A program made the translations under genes and the position numbers. The notes beneath the pieces are model-generated. The model had not been told where the DNA came from and ran no database searches. It worked only from the letters and a program-made list of their open reading frames with translations. Below are positions 48,201-57,279 of a stretch of DNA of 64,000 nt, in pieces; position 1 is the stretch's first letter; each line of letters opens with the position of its first letter. Source of the DNA: a virus (lineage: Duplodnaviria; Caudoviricetes); the IMG/VR virus record IMGVR_UViG_3300022923_000005, positions 32,001 through 96,000 of that record; one strand, given 5' to 3'.

Positions 48201-49801
48201 CCGTGTTCTGCTACCCAGTATACATAATCACTTTGTCCAAGTAAAGCCCACTCTGGATATTCTGCGCCAGCACGTAGTACTTCACCTTCTTGTCCAATTG
48301 GAAGTCTAGTAACACCAGAACCACCAAAGTATACTAAGTCACCTTTTGTAGTAAGGATACTTGTTTCAGAACCTGTAATTAATTGATTCCAATAACTACC
48401 TGTAATGTCTAAATCTGGTCTTGAGTTAGCAGCACCGCCACCTTCTCCACCAATAGTTGAGTCAGTGTCACCTTCTGAACGGTGTTTCTGTACACAAATA
48501 AATGCGTTGTCGCCTAATTTAACTGCGTCACCAACTTCATACTCGCGGTCATCAGTCCAATCACCCTGCCAACTAATACCTTCGTTAAGTTTATTCCAGT
48601 AAGTTGTATTTGTAGGATGAGCAGCGCCTGTACCTGTCATAGATCCAGTTGCTGTTGTAGGAGTAAATACTGATCCTCCTAATGTTGTTGAAATTGTAAA
48701 TGTTGTTCCTGAGTCTACAGTTTTAACATAGTACGTTCCACCTGGGAATACGTTACCAAATGTTGAACCACTAAATTGAATTACTTGGTTAGCAATTAAT
48801 CCTGTAGTATCTGCTGCTGTAAACTGGTTGGTACCGTTATCAGTTGCTGTTACAGTCATTGCAATTGCAGGACTATCTTGTACAGCTCTATATGTGTAAC
48901 CGTTAAGTGTTACTACTTCACCAATTTTATAACTTGTAGCAATTGCCCAGTTGTTTTGATATGCAAAACCTGTTGCAAATAAATCCCAATCGTCAGCACT
49001 TGCAGGAGGTGTTGCGCCTGTGCTAATTCTTTTAGCAACATACGAATTACCACCATATAGTACTACATCGCCTGTTTTGTATTCTGTAGAAGCATTATAA
49101 GCATTTTCAAAATTAAAGCCTTCAACAAAAGCATCCCATCTAGCACTATCTGTGGCAAATGCTGCTGATGCTGTATGATGTTGGCCTGCTTTTACAACGT
49201 AAAGATTAGCACCATATTTAACTACATCATATTCTTTGTATCTTGTACCAGTAACCCAGTCACCTTTATAATCAATACCATCATTATATTTGTCCCAGTT
49301 ACCAATGTCTGCTTCTAAACCGTCGGCAGTAGTTGCGGCAGATGCGTGTCCAGTTGAGCAGAGATATGTGTTTCCACCATATTTAACTAGGTCATTTAAC
49401 TTATAACGAGTTCCAACTGTCCAGTTTCCTTTCCAATCAGTTCCTTCTGCATAAGTTGTCCAACTTGAAGAATCATCTTCAAGTCCAAGGGCAGTTGTTG
49501 CGGCAGATGTGTGTGCGGTATTTGCAATGTACAAATTCCCACCATATTTTACAACATCATTAATTACATAATCTGTTGCAATAGTCCAATCCCCTTTCCA
49601 GGATTGACCATCTGTCATTTGGTTCCATTTACTTGGAACTACATTTAAGTCCGTATAAAAATCGCTGTTGGCGGTATGACCAACTGCACAGATGTAAGTA
49701 CGTCCTCCGTACTTTACAACATCATCTTTGTAGTATGTCGTGGCACCTGCCCAGTCCCCTTTCCATACAAATCTAATTCTACCTAGTTTAAACTCTGCCA
49801 T
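42251..49801 (-). CDS. Giant tail spike/fibre protein (2516 aa)
   Basis: N-terminal W.G.W....Y...D.V.YGG..Y sugar-binding-like repeats; beta-helix region (SPYVQN, NDFTQV.SDG.G); KC.RD helical inserts; propeller-type W...LP...W..IA.G repeats. Confidence 0.8.
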   Translation of the reverse strand: MAEFKLGRIRFVWKGDWAGATTYYKDDVVKYGGRTYICAVGHTANSDFYTDLNVVPSKWNQMTDGQSWKGDWTIATDYVINDVVKYGGNLYIANTAHTSAATTALGLEDDSSSWTTYAEGTDWKGNWTVGTRYKLNDLVKYGGNTYLCSTGHASAATTADGLEADIGNWDKYNDGIDYKGDWVTGTRYKEYDVVKYGANLYVVKAGQHHTASAAFATDSARWDAFVEGFNFENAYNASTEYKTGDVVLYGGNSYVAKRISTGATPPASADDWDLFATGFAYQNNWAIATSYKIGEVVTLNGYTYRAVQDSPAIAMTVTATDNGTNQFTAADTTGLIANQVIQFSGSTFGNVFPGGTYYVKTVDSGTTFTISTTLGGSVFTPTTATGSMTGTGAAHPTNTTYWNKLNEGISWQGDWTDDREYEVGDAVKLGDNAFICVQKHRSEGDTDSTIGGEGGGAANSRPDLDITGSYWNQLITGSETSILTTKGDLVYFGGSGVTRLPIGQEGEVLRAGAEYPEWALLGQSDYVYWVAEHGQDKPYPLAGGTVDKPFASIRYACHQIDQGALNPNAKDLLRKNRHFIQREVQEWIDYQIEYFTNTAPDATSIWYNFTYDDVKCERDTGFLVDALVYDLGNGGNVKSRGAANSYVGALSESESVANPLLGDQKDQHIAAFQYMLTVVGHVFAQTDPAVNYQTTNGDNSTSVVAQHKDATIAAESGVLTKSTALITIVLNALEDEDASRVPARYMPNSLVKVKTGLYTEVGPIMVPENTCVIGEEVRSTTVTMDTGTTHTTDAKYSIETYKHLNGVIQSVVTGATVTPTTGNAESQSIAVPFADTPEKNFVDRLMGALIQQSDFRVGNFAHSFRTDPTGYNTSYLVGYGNARTQLVENKKYLQEEVTAFITAEYPLLKYSRTKCKQDVGYLIDALTYDMTYGGNSQAIRAGLAYYDGPGGPYAGNFGADSSEPTATVAAYQFMRDHLANIVLDQTATSRQSTVAQFKFGTAASTAAKDRVVELMNIIIDLISGGATTSAPSVSVSSIASNVITTASAHGLSTGDSFTPRTTGNGLTAGQKYWVVSTPAAATLTVSTVFNGSAASLSDGSGLAIIADVVQEPAATNAVSTTTALITAAQNVDAAQETMVTAMSNFLAATYPSLTYDTDKCKRDARLISEAVMFDFMFNSNHKTLKAAYAYLRSTASDVYDKGQKTATIAAFDFLKTYMDGVAGDATAEARIETLMEDLLDVIYSGSTEGSRCVSDYRNVHHAATQILRNKDFIVAESTAYIADTYKETVTATTASDNSITIGSTSWLQRNTAIQFEGTIVGAPSLADESDGIKAGVTYYVQNILSATKFTISNERNGTARVMVDDTGSATVKLVYNSASCERDIGEILEALIYDISYPGNYKTLLCARYYGNAVNGSQEEDLYYLRNGTGIRNQTLKGMNGDLLAPNTYGTSRVSGGAYCSLDPGWGPEDYRVWITERSPYVQNNTTFGNGGIGQKIDGALHNGGNDSIVSNDFTQVISDGIGAWVANNGRAELVSVFTYYSHIGYLSTEGGRIRGTNGNNSYGDFGSVAEGFDGSETPQTAIVDNKFQYEATVKDVTTDNAEEVYAFEFENAGIDYEEGEFLISGAGTGAAAIVDEFRDNAVHSVFLQDNVDDSANAPEVVGNFGGFGYVSNANTAQGGTTSAITLAATDAEISSAYVGMKVYVTGGAGVGQFGLISAYNAGTKLAAVIRESDGASGWDHIVAGTTIQAPDASSTYIVEPRIQFSDPGFGTEVSTMPSSGTWTTAQFIETADVYLPTATGGTGTSASFQVIRNGWKYSVSVVSGGTGYTRLEDLTITGSQLGGVDGVNDITLTVTAINSATGEILEVDTAGYGRAGAFVAAQTGSAGGARSVDGKTWSGVTLPSASNWTAMASGKIDDGSSIAKVARIVAVASGTSNAAYSADGITWTATSLPASASWIDVTYDNYNQRFIAIASDSTTVAISLDGEVWDVTGTLNSTGFTAITAGQGTMIAVKSGTTTAAYSVDAGLNWVDVTTLPGASAWSSIAFGQNHFVATATDSSTIAVSIDKGATWKSKDISSPDSTTPAGLQKIAYGQGQFMITAYKTGEDGEGYSYVAMSQDGFNFTWQGVGSGDVTSNGFSAVAFGTHQRVGYWTIIDTDTGDGVYRIKTGATTKGRAGVAQNKIFEVRITEPGSGYDTAPTMTITDPSEIYALPFEVRTGSGVLATPSLRSRGTGYVSASADLVGGNGYADFFQSGNFIAIRQLSSLPPTGSNIVFGHLPNETFKLVNIVTLLGSNDGALTCFLQISPEMKVINVPPHGTSVTTRIRYSQVRLTGHDFLDIGTGSFTETNYPNDPLQDPIQSNETRERNGGRVFFTATDQDGNFRVGDLFSIEQSTGVATLNADAFNIAGLQELSLGEVTLGGGSASIDEFSTDPFFTADSDSVVPTQRAIKAYISSQIGGGGASLNVNSVTAGFIYIAADAITTTTQQAINVDANMNFKGGVRGLPVAWSYFLT

Positions 49802-49831
49802 TATCTACTCCGTAGTGTACATATATTTATG

Positions 49832-52800
49832 TTATTCTCTATTCTTAAATGATCTAAAGAACATACTTTGTGCTAACATACTGCCTTGAATGCCAGCCTT
49901 TTCTCCTTTAAAATCCATTACAACAGGAACTTGAACTGTCAAGTTTGCCGAGTTGCCAATGAGATTTGGTCCTATTTTAACCGTACCTGCGATGAAGCTC
50001 GCTGTTAACAAGTCTGCACCACCAACATTTAGTCTGTTAGTCAAGTACGCTTTAATTGCTCTTTGTGTTGGAACAATATTGTTTGAGTCTGCTGTGAATA
50101 ATGGATCAGTACTAAATTCTCTAATTACTGTTCCAGTACCACCAACTCTAATTCCGCCTAGTGCTAGTTCTGATAATCCATTAAGATCAAAGAAGTCTGC
50201 ACTAATTGTTACGATACCAGTTGCCTGTTCAACTGCAAATAATTCACCACATCTAAAGTTACCTGATTGGTCAGTACTTGCATAGAACACTCTACCACCG
50301 TTTAATTCTTGTACTTCGTTTTCTGGATATGATAGGTAATTTTGCGTATACAACTGTGGATAGTTTGTTTCTGTAAAGTTACCTGTACCAATGTCCAAAT
50401 AGTCGTGTCCTGTAATACGACACTGACTGTATCTTGTATTAATTGTTACACCTGTATCATTAACAATATCATTTTCAATCTTTAAGTCAGGTGTTACACG
50501 GAATGTTAACAAGAAGTTTCCATCTTCTTGTTGACCTTCATTTTCAATTGCAACAACTGTGTATAGTTCAGGATTGTCAGTAAGTCTTAACTGCGCACCC
50601 GGACCAATTACTTTAGGCATATCTTTAACTGTAATAAATTTACCTACTGGTGTAATATCAGCAAAACCGTCACCTAAAATAGTAACCGATGTTGTTGATG
50701 TTTTATATTGTGTACCTCTGTTAATCCAACTTGGTTGTGCAAGTACTCTATCTGCAATTCTTGTAGTATCAAGTACAAGTTCACCTGTGTTGTTAGGATC
50801 AATAACATTGTATGTAGGTCCTGTAGCAGGATATCCACTACCTGGATCAATTAAGTTAACTGATGCAATTCTACCTGCATTAACATTTGCTCTACCAAAT
50901 GCTTTTCTACCAGTAGTAACTAACAAGTGTGTAGTTGTTACATCTTCGTTTAGAATTACCCAATGACCTTTTCTGTTGTCGCCACCGTCGCCTGTTGTTA
51001 CATCTGGATTACCAAATGCAAGTTGACCCCAGTTACCTTCTGATATAACTGTTTTCTTAGTCCAATAAATTCCATCTTCTGATTGGTAAATGTAATCTAC
51101 AGGTCCTAATGTTGGTTCACCTGCAATTTCTTGTCCATTTGTATCAACTGTTGCAATAAACAAACCTTGTCCATATGCTAAGTCATTCCAATCAAGTATT
51201 GTTGAACCATCTGGTGTAGGCATAGTCGCTGCTTGCCAAGTTTCACCTCTAGTATAACTGTATGCAACTTCACCTGTTGGTGCAATTGCTACGAATCTGT
51301 TATTACCATATGCTAATTTAAACCAATCTTTCTGTGAACTGTCTGCAACTACGTCCATAATAACTGTTGTCCAGTTAATTGTTGAACCGTTATATTCACC
51401 GTATGCTGCTATGTTTTGCGATTGTGAAATTGCAACAAATCTTCCTGAACCATATGCTACTTGAGTCCATTGGTCGAACGTTGAGTCACCACCTGCTGGA
51501 ATATTTGCAAGTGTCCAGGTTGTTCCTGTTTCACTAAATGCTGCATAACCACCTGTCTTAGATACAGCAACAAATATGCCGCCGCCAAATGTAATACTTG
51601 ACCAATCAGCACTAATTGGTAATGTGTATGCACCCCAAGTGTTACCGTCTTCTGATACAGCAACTTCGTTGCTTAATTCTTTAATTGCAACAAATCTATT
51701 GTTACCAGCAGCAATTGTATGCCAATTTCCTGAACTTGGTAAGTTAGAAACATTCCAGTTTGTACCATCGTTTGACCAGTTTACTGTCGAACCTGTACTT
51801 GCAACTGCAACATATCTACCACTTGCGGCTTGTCCTTCTGCACTAAAAGTAACAATGCTGTTTGTACTATCATTTGAAATACTTGTTACAGTAATTGTAA
51901 TGTTATTATCGTCATTACCAATTAACCCTGTGCCTTCTAATACAATTGTGTCTCCAACTGTGTATCCTGCTCCGCCGGAGTTAAGTGTTACAGTGTAATC
52001 TCTACCTTCTTTCAACACGTTAAATGTTGCAGTAGCAGGAATAACATCAACTGTTGTTCCGTTACCTGGATCACCTACTACGTTTGTAAATAATTTTCTT
52101 GTTTCTCCAAATGTAATATCACCCCAAGTTGTTCCTGCTGTCAAACTCATTGTTGCAGAAGCAAACGGTGGTGGATCAAATACTACTCTTGGTTCAAACA
52201 AGTAAGAAGAAGTAGTTGTAATTAAACTTACTGGTGGTGTACCAGGAATAATATGATCCCATCCGTCTTCACCTGTAGTTTCTTTCTTAACTTGTAATTG
52301 TTTTGTTAAACTATTGTATGCTTTAACTTCACCATACTGTCCTGTACCAGGACCTGATGTAATAATAATTCTTAAACCTAATAAGTTTGCTTCATCATTG
52401 TCGTCCTGTGCTGCAAGTTGGATGCTAGTTTCGTTACCAGACTGTGCGTTGTTACCAATAAGTGTAAATCCGCCTCCACCTGCTGCTGCTGATGCTTCAC
52501 CTGTAACAATTCTTGCTTCAAATAATGCATCATCTCTAAATTCTTCTTGTACAACTTCAACATCTGCACCAGAACCAATAAATGTATAATCTGCTGATGT
52601 GTAATTTTGTCCACAGTGTAAAAACTCAACTGCTAAAATTTCATCATTTACTTCACCTGCAAATGCACGTTGTACAGATGCTTGGTTATTTCTAGTGTTT
52701 ACTTTTGCAATTACAGGAACTTCAGTTGGATCAGTACCGTCTGCTAATGCTCCAATAAATCCGTATGAGTTGTTACCGTTAGTTGCTCTAATAACGCCGC

Positions 52801-55369
52801 CGTTTTCTGCAAGGTAACCTACTTGACAGTAATATGTAAACACTGATACAAGTTCTGCTCTACCGTTGTTTAAAACGTGTGCGCCTATACCATCACTTAA
52901 AACTTGTGTAAAGTCGTTGGATACAATAGACTTATTACCACCGTTGTGCAACGAACCGTCAATTTTTTGTCCTGTACAATTATTACCTTGATTGGTTACG
53001 TTTTGAATGTAAGGAGATCTATTAATAATCCAACATTCTTCGTGTGCAGGTCCCCAACCTGGATCAAGTGATACACAAGATGGTCCAGTTGGTCTTTGAT
53101 ATTGTTCAAAGACGTTTGGCGGATTAAGTGTTCCTGTTAAACCTTTGATAGATAAGTTTCTAACACCGCAGGTATCTCTAACACGGAACATATCTGTTAA
53201 TGCACTTCCGTTAATTTTGTTTGAATAGTAAAGTGCTTCTAATTGTGTTTTGTAATTAGAAGTGTATAATAAATCCCATTTGATTGCAATTACGTATCTT
53301 TCAATATCATAACCTAAATCACTAGGTTGTACATAGTCTGAATAAAACGCTGTCATATAAGCAGCAGTTTCTGCTGCTAAAAATGCTTTATTCGCTTCTA
53401 AAACTCTATTTGCATTTACAATTGCTTCTGCTGATGAAGCAGCATTTTCACCGTACTTCGCAGGTGCATCACCTGAACCTACTACAGCATATGTGTAGTA
53501 CGTTACAAAGTCAGTTAGAATACTATCTACTCTATCTGCCGTTGCTGCATCACTAAAAATAGGAATATTTGTAATAATAGGATCTTCAACACCTACACCA
53601 CCACCTGATATTTCTTGATCAATAATAAACACTTGTTCTTGAGTGTTTCCTGCTGTCTTAGAAACATTTTGATTTAACAATATCTGTCTAATCACTTGTT
53701 TCAAGTGTGTAATAATTGTACCTCTACTTGTAGTATCAGCACTTGTCAATGTTGCTGTTGCCGGACGAACAGTGCTTGAACGTAGTTCGTCGCCAAGTAC
53801 AACTGTTTTCTTAGGAACAATAAGAGGTAAAATTTCTTCAAATTTTCCTGTTGTAAGTTGTACAGTTTTAGTTGTGTCTTGTCCATCGTCTGCAATTTCT
53901 AATGCAAATCTAATTGTTTTAACAGGTTTCTGAATATCAATACCTGCGTCTGGATCTGTTGTATCGTCAACACCTTTGATTGGGTCAACGTGAATAATTT
54001 TTGGAATACGTCCGTACAGATCATAATCTGCTGTGTCGTCATTTTGTACAGTTAGGATATTTCCTTCTAATCCTTTTGCAATATTAGTTGCACCTAAAGT
54101 AGAACCGTCCCCAACGTTTGCTCTTGCAAGACCAAAAGATAATAAATCACCAGGATTAACTAATCCTGCTTGACTTGAACCTTCTAATAATGTATCCCAG
54201 TACTGATAACCTTCACCGTTATCTCCTGGAAAGTTCATTGCGCCTTCTGCATTAGATGCTACGTGTTCAAAGTTACATTTGTATGCACTACCTTTGTAAG
54301 TTACTACATCACCAACTGCATAAGTTTGATTTTCTGTCCAAGCATTTTTAAATGATTGTCCTGTAACTACAATTTCCCAGTTACCTGCATCTAAATAATC
54401 TAATGAACTACCGTCTGATGTTGTATCTAATAATGCAACATATGTATAACCGCCACGTCTTACAACGTCACCTGTTTTATATTGTCCTGTTGGTGTCCAG
54501 TCGCCTACAAGTTTCATTCCTTTATGAATGATAGCCCAATGTACTGTATTGTCGCCTACTTGATAAATCGAATCGCTTGGAATCTGTCCTATATGATTTG
54601 TTAACGCTTGGTAAACATAACCACCGTGCATTACTAAGTCACCTACTGCGTAGTAATCTTCTAATACCCAAGCGCCTTTTGCTTTTCCGCCTGGTATCTC
54701 AGTTGCAAAATTTGCATCGTCTAAATTAGTTGTTGCTGTATGTCCTGTAGTTACACGTAACAAACTACCACCATAACTTACTAAATCGTTATACTTGTAT
54801 CTGTAACCATCAGTCCAGTCACCTACATAACCTTTTAGTTGTGTGTAAATTTCCCATTTCGCTTGATCTGCTTCTAAGCCGTCTGCTGCTGATGCCGCTG
54901 CTGTGTGTCCAGTAATACATTTGTATACTGTTGCGCCATACTTAACTAGATCACCGATACCATATACTGCACCTGCTGTCCAAGCACCGTCCCAATCAAC
55001 AGTAGTTGCATAAATTGCCCAGTTAGAAATGTTTACATCAAAATCACTTGTTGATGTATATGCAGTTGTGTTTATCCATAAGTAACCGCCGTATCTTACA
55101 ATATCACCTGGATAGTAATCTGTACTTCCAGCCCAATCACTTCGCCAGTTTTGACCTTGAGTCATTACTGTCCAAGCCGGTGTTGCAAATGTTTCACCCG
55201 GTGGTGTAAAAATTTGATCTGTGTTAAAAGTTGAACTTGAAGTGTGAGCTCTAATAGCAATATATGAACTACCGCTATATTCTACAACGTCATCTTTGTT
55301 GTATGCAACAGCACCACTCCACGCACCTTTCCACGTATACCTAATTCGACTTATTTTAAACTCTGCCAT
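49832..55369 (-). CDS. Giant tail spike/fibre protein (1845 aa), paralogue of 42251..49801
   Basis: Same N-terminus (MAEFK..RIR..WKG.W), beta-helix, propeller and C-terminal GHD.LDIGTG.F.ETNYP...PTQRAIKAY domain. Confidence 0.8.
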   Translation of the reverse strand: MAEFKISRIRYTWKGAWSGAVAYNKDDVVEYSGSSYIAIRAHTSSSTFNTDQIFTPPGETFATPAWTVMTQGQNWRSDWAGSTDYYPGDIVRYGGYLWINTTAYTSTSDFDVNISNWAIYATTVDWDGAWTAGAVYGIGDLVKYGATVYKCITGHTAAASAADGLEADQAKWEIYTQLKGYVGDWTDGYRYKYNDLVSYGGSLLRVTTGHTATTNLDDANFATEIPGGKAKGAWVLEDYYAVGDLVMHGGYVYQALTNHIGQIPSDSIYQVGDNTVHWAIIHKGMKLVGDWTPTGQYKTGDVVRRGGYTYVALLDTTSDGSSLDYLDAGNWEIVVTGQSFKNAWTENQTYAVGDVVTYKGSAYKCNFEHVASNAEGAMNFPGDNGEGYQYWDTLLEGSSQAGLVNPGDLLSFGLARANVGDGSTLGATNIAKGLEGNILTVQNDDTADYDLYGRIPKIIHVDPIKGVDDTTDPDAGIDIQKPVKTIRFALEIADDGQDTTKTVQLTTGKFEEILPLIVPKKTVVLGDELRSSTVRPATATLTSADTTSRGTIITHLKQVIRQILLNQNVSKTAGNTQEQVFIIDQEISGGGVGVEDPIITNIPIFSDAATADRVDSILTDFVTYYTYAVVGSGDAPAKYGENAASSAEAIVNANRVLEANKAFLAAETAAYMTAFYSDYVQPSDLGYDIERYVIAIKWDLLYTSNYKTQLEALYYSNKINGSALTDMFRVRDTCGVRNLSIKGLTGTLNPPNVFEQYQRPTGPSCVSLDPGWGPAHEECWIINRSPYIQNVTNQGNNCTGQKIDGSLHNGGNKSIVSNDFTQVLSDGIGAHVLNNGRAELVSVFTYYCQVGYLAENGGVIRATNGNNSYGFIGALADGTDPTEVPVIAKVNTRNNQASVQRAFAGEVNDEILAVEFLHCGQNYTSADYTFIGSGADVEVVQEEFRDDALFEARIVTGEASAAAGGGGFTLIGNNAQSGNETSIQLAAQDDNDEANLLGLRIIITSGPGTGQYGEVKAYNSLTKQLQVKKETTGEDGWDHIIPGTPPVSLITTTSSYLFEPRVVFDPPPFASATMSLTAGTTWGDITFGETRKLFTNVVGDPGNGTTVDVIPATATFNVLKEGRDYTVTLNSGGAGYTVGDTIVLEGTGLIGNDDNNITITVTSISNDSTNSIVTFSAEGQAASGRYVAVASTGSTVNWSNDGTNWNVSNLPSSGNWHTIAAGNNRFVAIKELSNEVAVSEDGNTWGAYTLPISADWSSITFGGGIFVAVSKTGGYAAFSETGTTWTLANIPAGGDSTFDQWTQVAYGSGRFVAISQSQNIAAYGEYNGSTINWTTVIMDVVADSSQKDWFKLAYGNNRFVAIAPTGEVAYSYTRGETWQAATMPTPDGSTILDWNDLAYGQGLFIATVDTNGQEIAGEPTLGPVDYIYQSEDGIYWTKKTVISEGNWGQLAFGNPDVTTGDGGDNRKGHWVILNEDVTTTHLLVTTGRKAFGRANVNAGRIASVNLIDPGSGYPATGPTYNVIDPNNTGELVLDTTRIADRVLAQPSWINRGTQYKTSTTSVTILGDGFADITPVGKFITVKDMPKVIGPGAQLRLTDNPELYTVVAIENEGQQEDGNFLLTFRVTPDLKIENDIVNDTGVTINTRYSQCRITGHDYLDIGTGNFTETNYPQLYTQNYLSYPENEVQELNGGRVFYASTDQSGNFRCGELFAVEQATGIVTISADFFDLNGLSELALGGIRVGGTGTVIREFSTDPLFTADSNNIVPTQRAIKAYLTNRLNVGGADLLTASFIAGTVKIGPNLIGNSANLTVQVPVVMDFKGEKAGIQGSMLAQSMFFRSFKNRE

Positions 55370-55378
55370 ATCTTAATC

Positions 55379-55747
55379 CTAATCGCCTGAAAGATTAGCA
55401 GGGAAAGTGTAATCCTGGTTTACTCTTTGTACTAACATTCCTTCATCGTCCACGTAATATAATATACTTCTTTGATCCCATTTGTATTGTGGGTATTTCA
55501 TATTTGCAAAGTTTGGCTCGTGATTTTCAGCAATACCTTCAAAATAATCAATACCGGGTTCAAAGTCCTCAAATGTTTGCTCAGGCGGTCCAGGTAAGTT
55601 GATATCAATTGAATCTTTATCTTTCAATTGATCGCTTCTTAATAAAAACAGTTCGCCGTCTGCGTTTCTTCTGATAGCGTAAAAATATCTAGGGCTATCG
55701 CCTAATGATTCATCTGGTGATTGTCCAAAATAATATGGGCTCGGCAT
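55379..55747 (-). CDS. Hypothetical virion-region protein
   Basis: 122-aa ORF with SD AGGAG. Confidence 0.6.
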   Translation of the reverse strand: MPSPYYFGQSPDESLGDSPRYFYAIRRNADGELFLLRSDQLKDKDSIDINLPGPPEQTFEDFEPGIDYFEGIAENHEPNFANMKYPQYKWDQRSILYYVDDEGMLVQRVNQDYTFPANLSGD

Positions 55748-55757
55748 AATTTTCCTC

Positions 55758-56090
55758 CTACGATATCTCTACGTAACTTATTACTACATCAACACTGTCA
55801 TCAGTGTCTGATTCTATTCTTAAACCTGCTGTGGCTGGTAAAATTAATCTTTCACCTTGTGTCACAACTTTTGCACTCGACGCCGGAGGTATAGGTACTG
55901 ATCGTACATAGTTTCCTTGCGTAGAATTCTCATCAATAACATAGACATTAACAACAACAGTATCATAATCTGATGTATTCGCTAAATTACATCCTACAAC
56001 AGTTGCTCTAACTCCTTCAGGAATTTGCAACACATCTACTGGTTCTGTGCCTACGTTGTTTATTACTGCGTTTTTAAATACTGTTGGCAT
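55758..56090 (-). CDS. Small beta-sandwich virion protein
   Basis: P....T.VG.NLAN...IP...S......LIL.....I.SD...VDVVIS.VEI. Confidence 0.65.
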   Translation of the reverse strand: MPTVFKNAVINNVGTEPVDVLQIPEGVRATVVGCNLANTSDYDTVVVNVYVIDENSTQGNYVRSVPIPPASSAKVVTQGERLILPATAGLRIESDTDDSVDVVISYVEIS

Positions 56091-56096
56091 ATCTTT

Positions 56097-57164
56097 TTAT
56101 CCTAACATTAGTGCAAATGACGCTGCAATATCATTCGCTACAATTTCTGATACCGCACCTGAAGCACCTGCTGGTGAACTCCAAGCACTACCATCCCAAA
56201 TCTCTAAAGACTTAGAATTAGTATTGTATCTTGTCATTCCAAGTACTGCATATGCAGTTGGTCTTTCAGCATTTGTACCTCTTGGTGGAACAAAGCCGTT
56301 GTTTGTATCAATTTTAAAATAACCTGTTCCTGTTTGCAAAATCTGTGTAATTGCATTATTAGAAACATTTTCAATAACATTATCAGTTATTTTAAAATTA
56401 CCTAATCTTACACCGCCGGCTCCATTACCGTCAATATGTAAGTCTAATCCTGTAGTAGTAGTTATCTCATTATCGCGAAACATTAAATTTCCTACATCAA
56501 GCGTAGGCACATTTAGCGTATCTGCGTAAACGTCATTCACATACATTGATCTCCATCTAAATGATGGGCTACCTAAATCAAATGTAACATCTTGTTCTGG
56601 AATCAAATTACTTTTAATTGCAGCATTAATAGTAATTGAGTCTGTAATACTGTCACCAAATGTAATATTACCTGCAATAGTTACATCGCCGTCTACTGAT
56701 AAATCACCAGTAATATCTACATTTCCATTAATAGTTGTATTTGAATGTACTTCAAGTATACCTGCTCCGTTTGGTCTAATTTCTAAATTAGAATTAGATA
56801 CAATAGTTTGGATAGTATTGCCTGAAATTTCAAAATCATCTACTTGTAATTTACTGTTATAGACAACAGGATCATCACCTGATGGTGCAAAACTAATTGT
56901 ATTAAGATCGCTGGAAATAGTGTTACCAGTAATGTGTAAATTACCGATATCTAGTTGATTGTCTACTCTAAGTGTTGTTGTGCGTGTTGTTCCACTAACG
57001 TCTAAGTCAGTTGTAGGAGATGAGTTGTTGACACCAATGCGAGCATTGTTTACATCAATATACAAAATATCTGGGTCTGTTGCTCCATTTCTGAAAGATA
57101 AATCTACGTTATCTCTAACCAGATTTGCTTTCAAGAGCGGCCCACTTATACGACCTATTGCCAT
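56097..57164 (-). CDS. Fibre-like virion protein
   Basis: RIG.N...P...LDV.G and I.GN.I beta repeats, P.GT.AERP...G..RYNT module, hydrophobic C-terminus FALMLG. Confidence 0.7.
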   Translation of the reverse strand: MAIGRISGPLLKANLVRDNVDLSFRNGATDPDILYIDVNNARIGVNNSSPTTDLDVSGTTRTTTLRVDNQLDIGNLHITGNTISSDLNTISFAPSGDDPVVYNSKLQVDDFEISGNTIQTIVSNSNLEIRPNGAGILEVHSNTTINGNVDITGDLSVDGDVTIAGNITFGDSITDSITINAAIKSNLIPEQDVTFDLGSPSFRWRSMYVNDVYADTLNVPTLDVGNLMFRDNEITTTTGLDLHIDGNGAGGVRLGNFKITDNVIENVSNNAITQILQTGTGYFKIDTNNGFVPPRGTNAERPTAYAVLGMTRYNTNSKSLEIWDGSAWSSPAGASGAVSEIVANDIAASFALMLG

Positions 57165-57254
57165 TTGCTCTCCTTAACACGGGGATCCTGTCCCTCCAAC
57201 TACCTTACATTGCGAGTTGACCACAGTAAAAGGTTAACGTTGGTCTTCGTTAAC
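57165..57254 (-). ncRNA. Structured 5' leader with a probable pseudoknot
   Basis: Begins at the predicted late +1: GUUAACG/CGUUAAC hairpin; UUAC-UGUGG/UCGCA-AU-GUAA stem whose loop CAAC can pair with GUUG; GGGA/UCCC hairpin before the SD. Confidence 0.55.
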
Positions 57255-57279
57255 AATAGTATTTAGCCAAAAGGAAAAA

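Noticed and set aside
57181-57240. Twister or hammerhead ribozyme in the structured leader (UAAC...GGAGGG)
   Set aside because: I could not place the required conserved core and pseudoknot pairings; reported only as an unassigned structured RNA.
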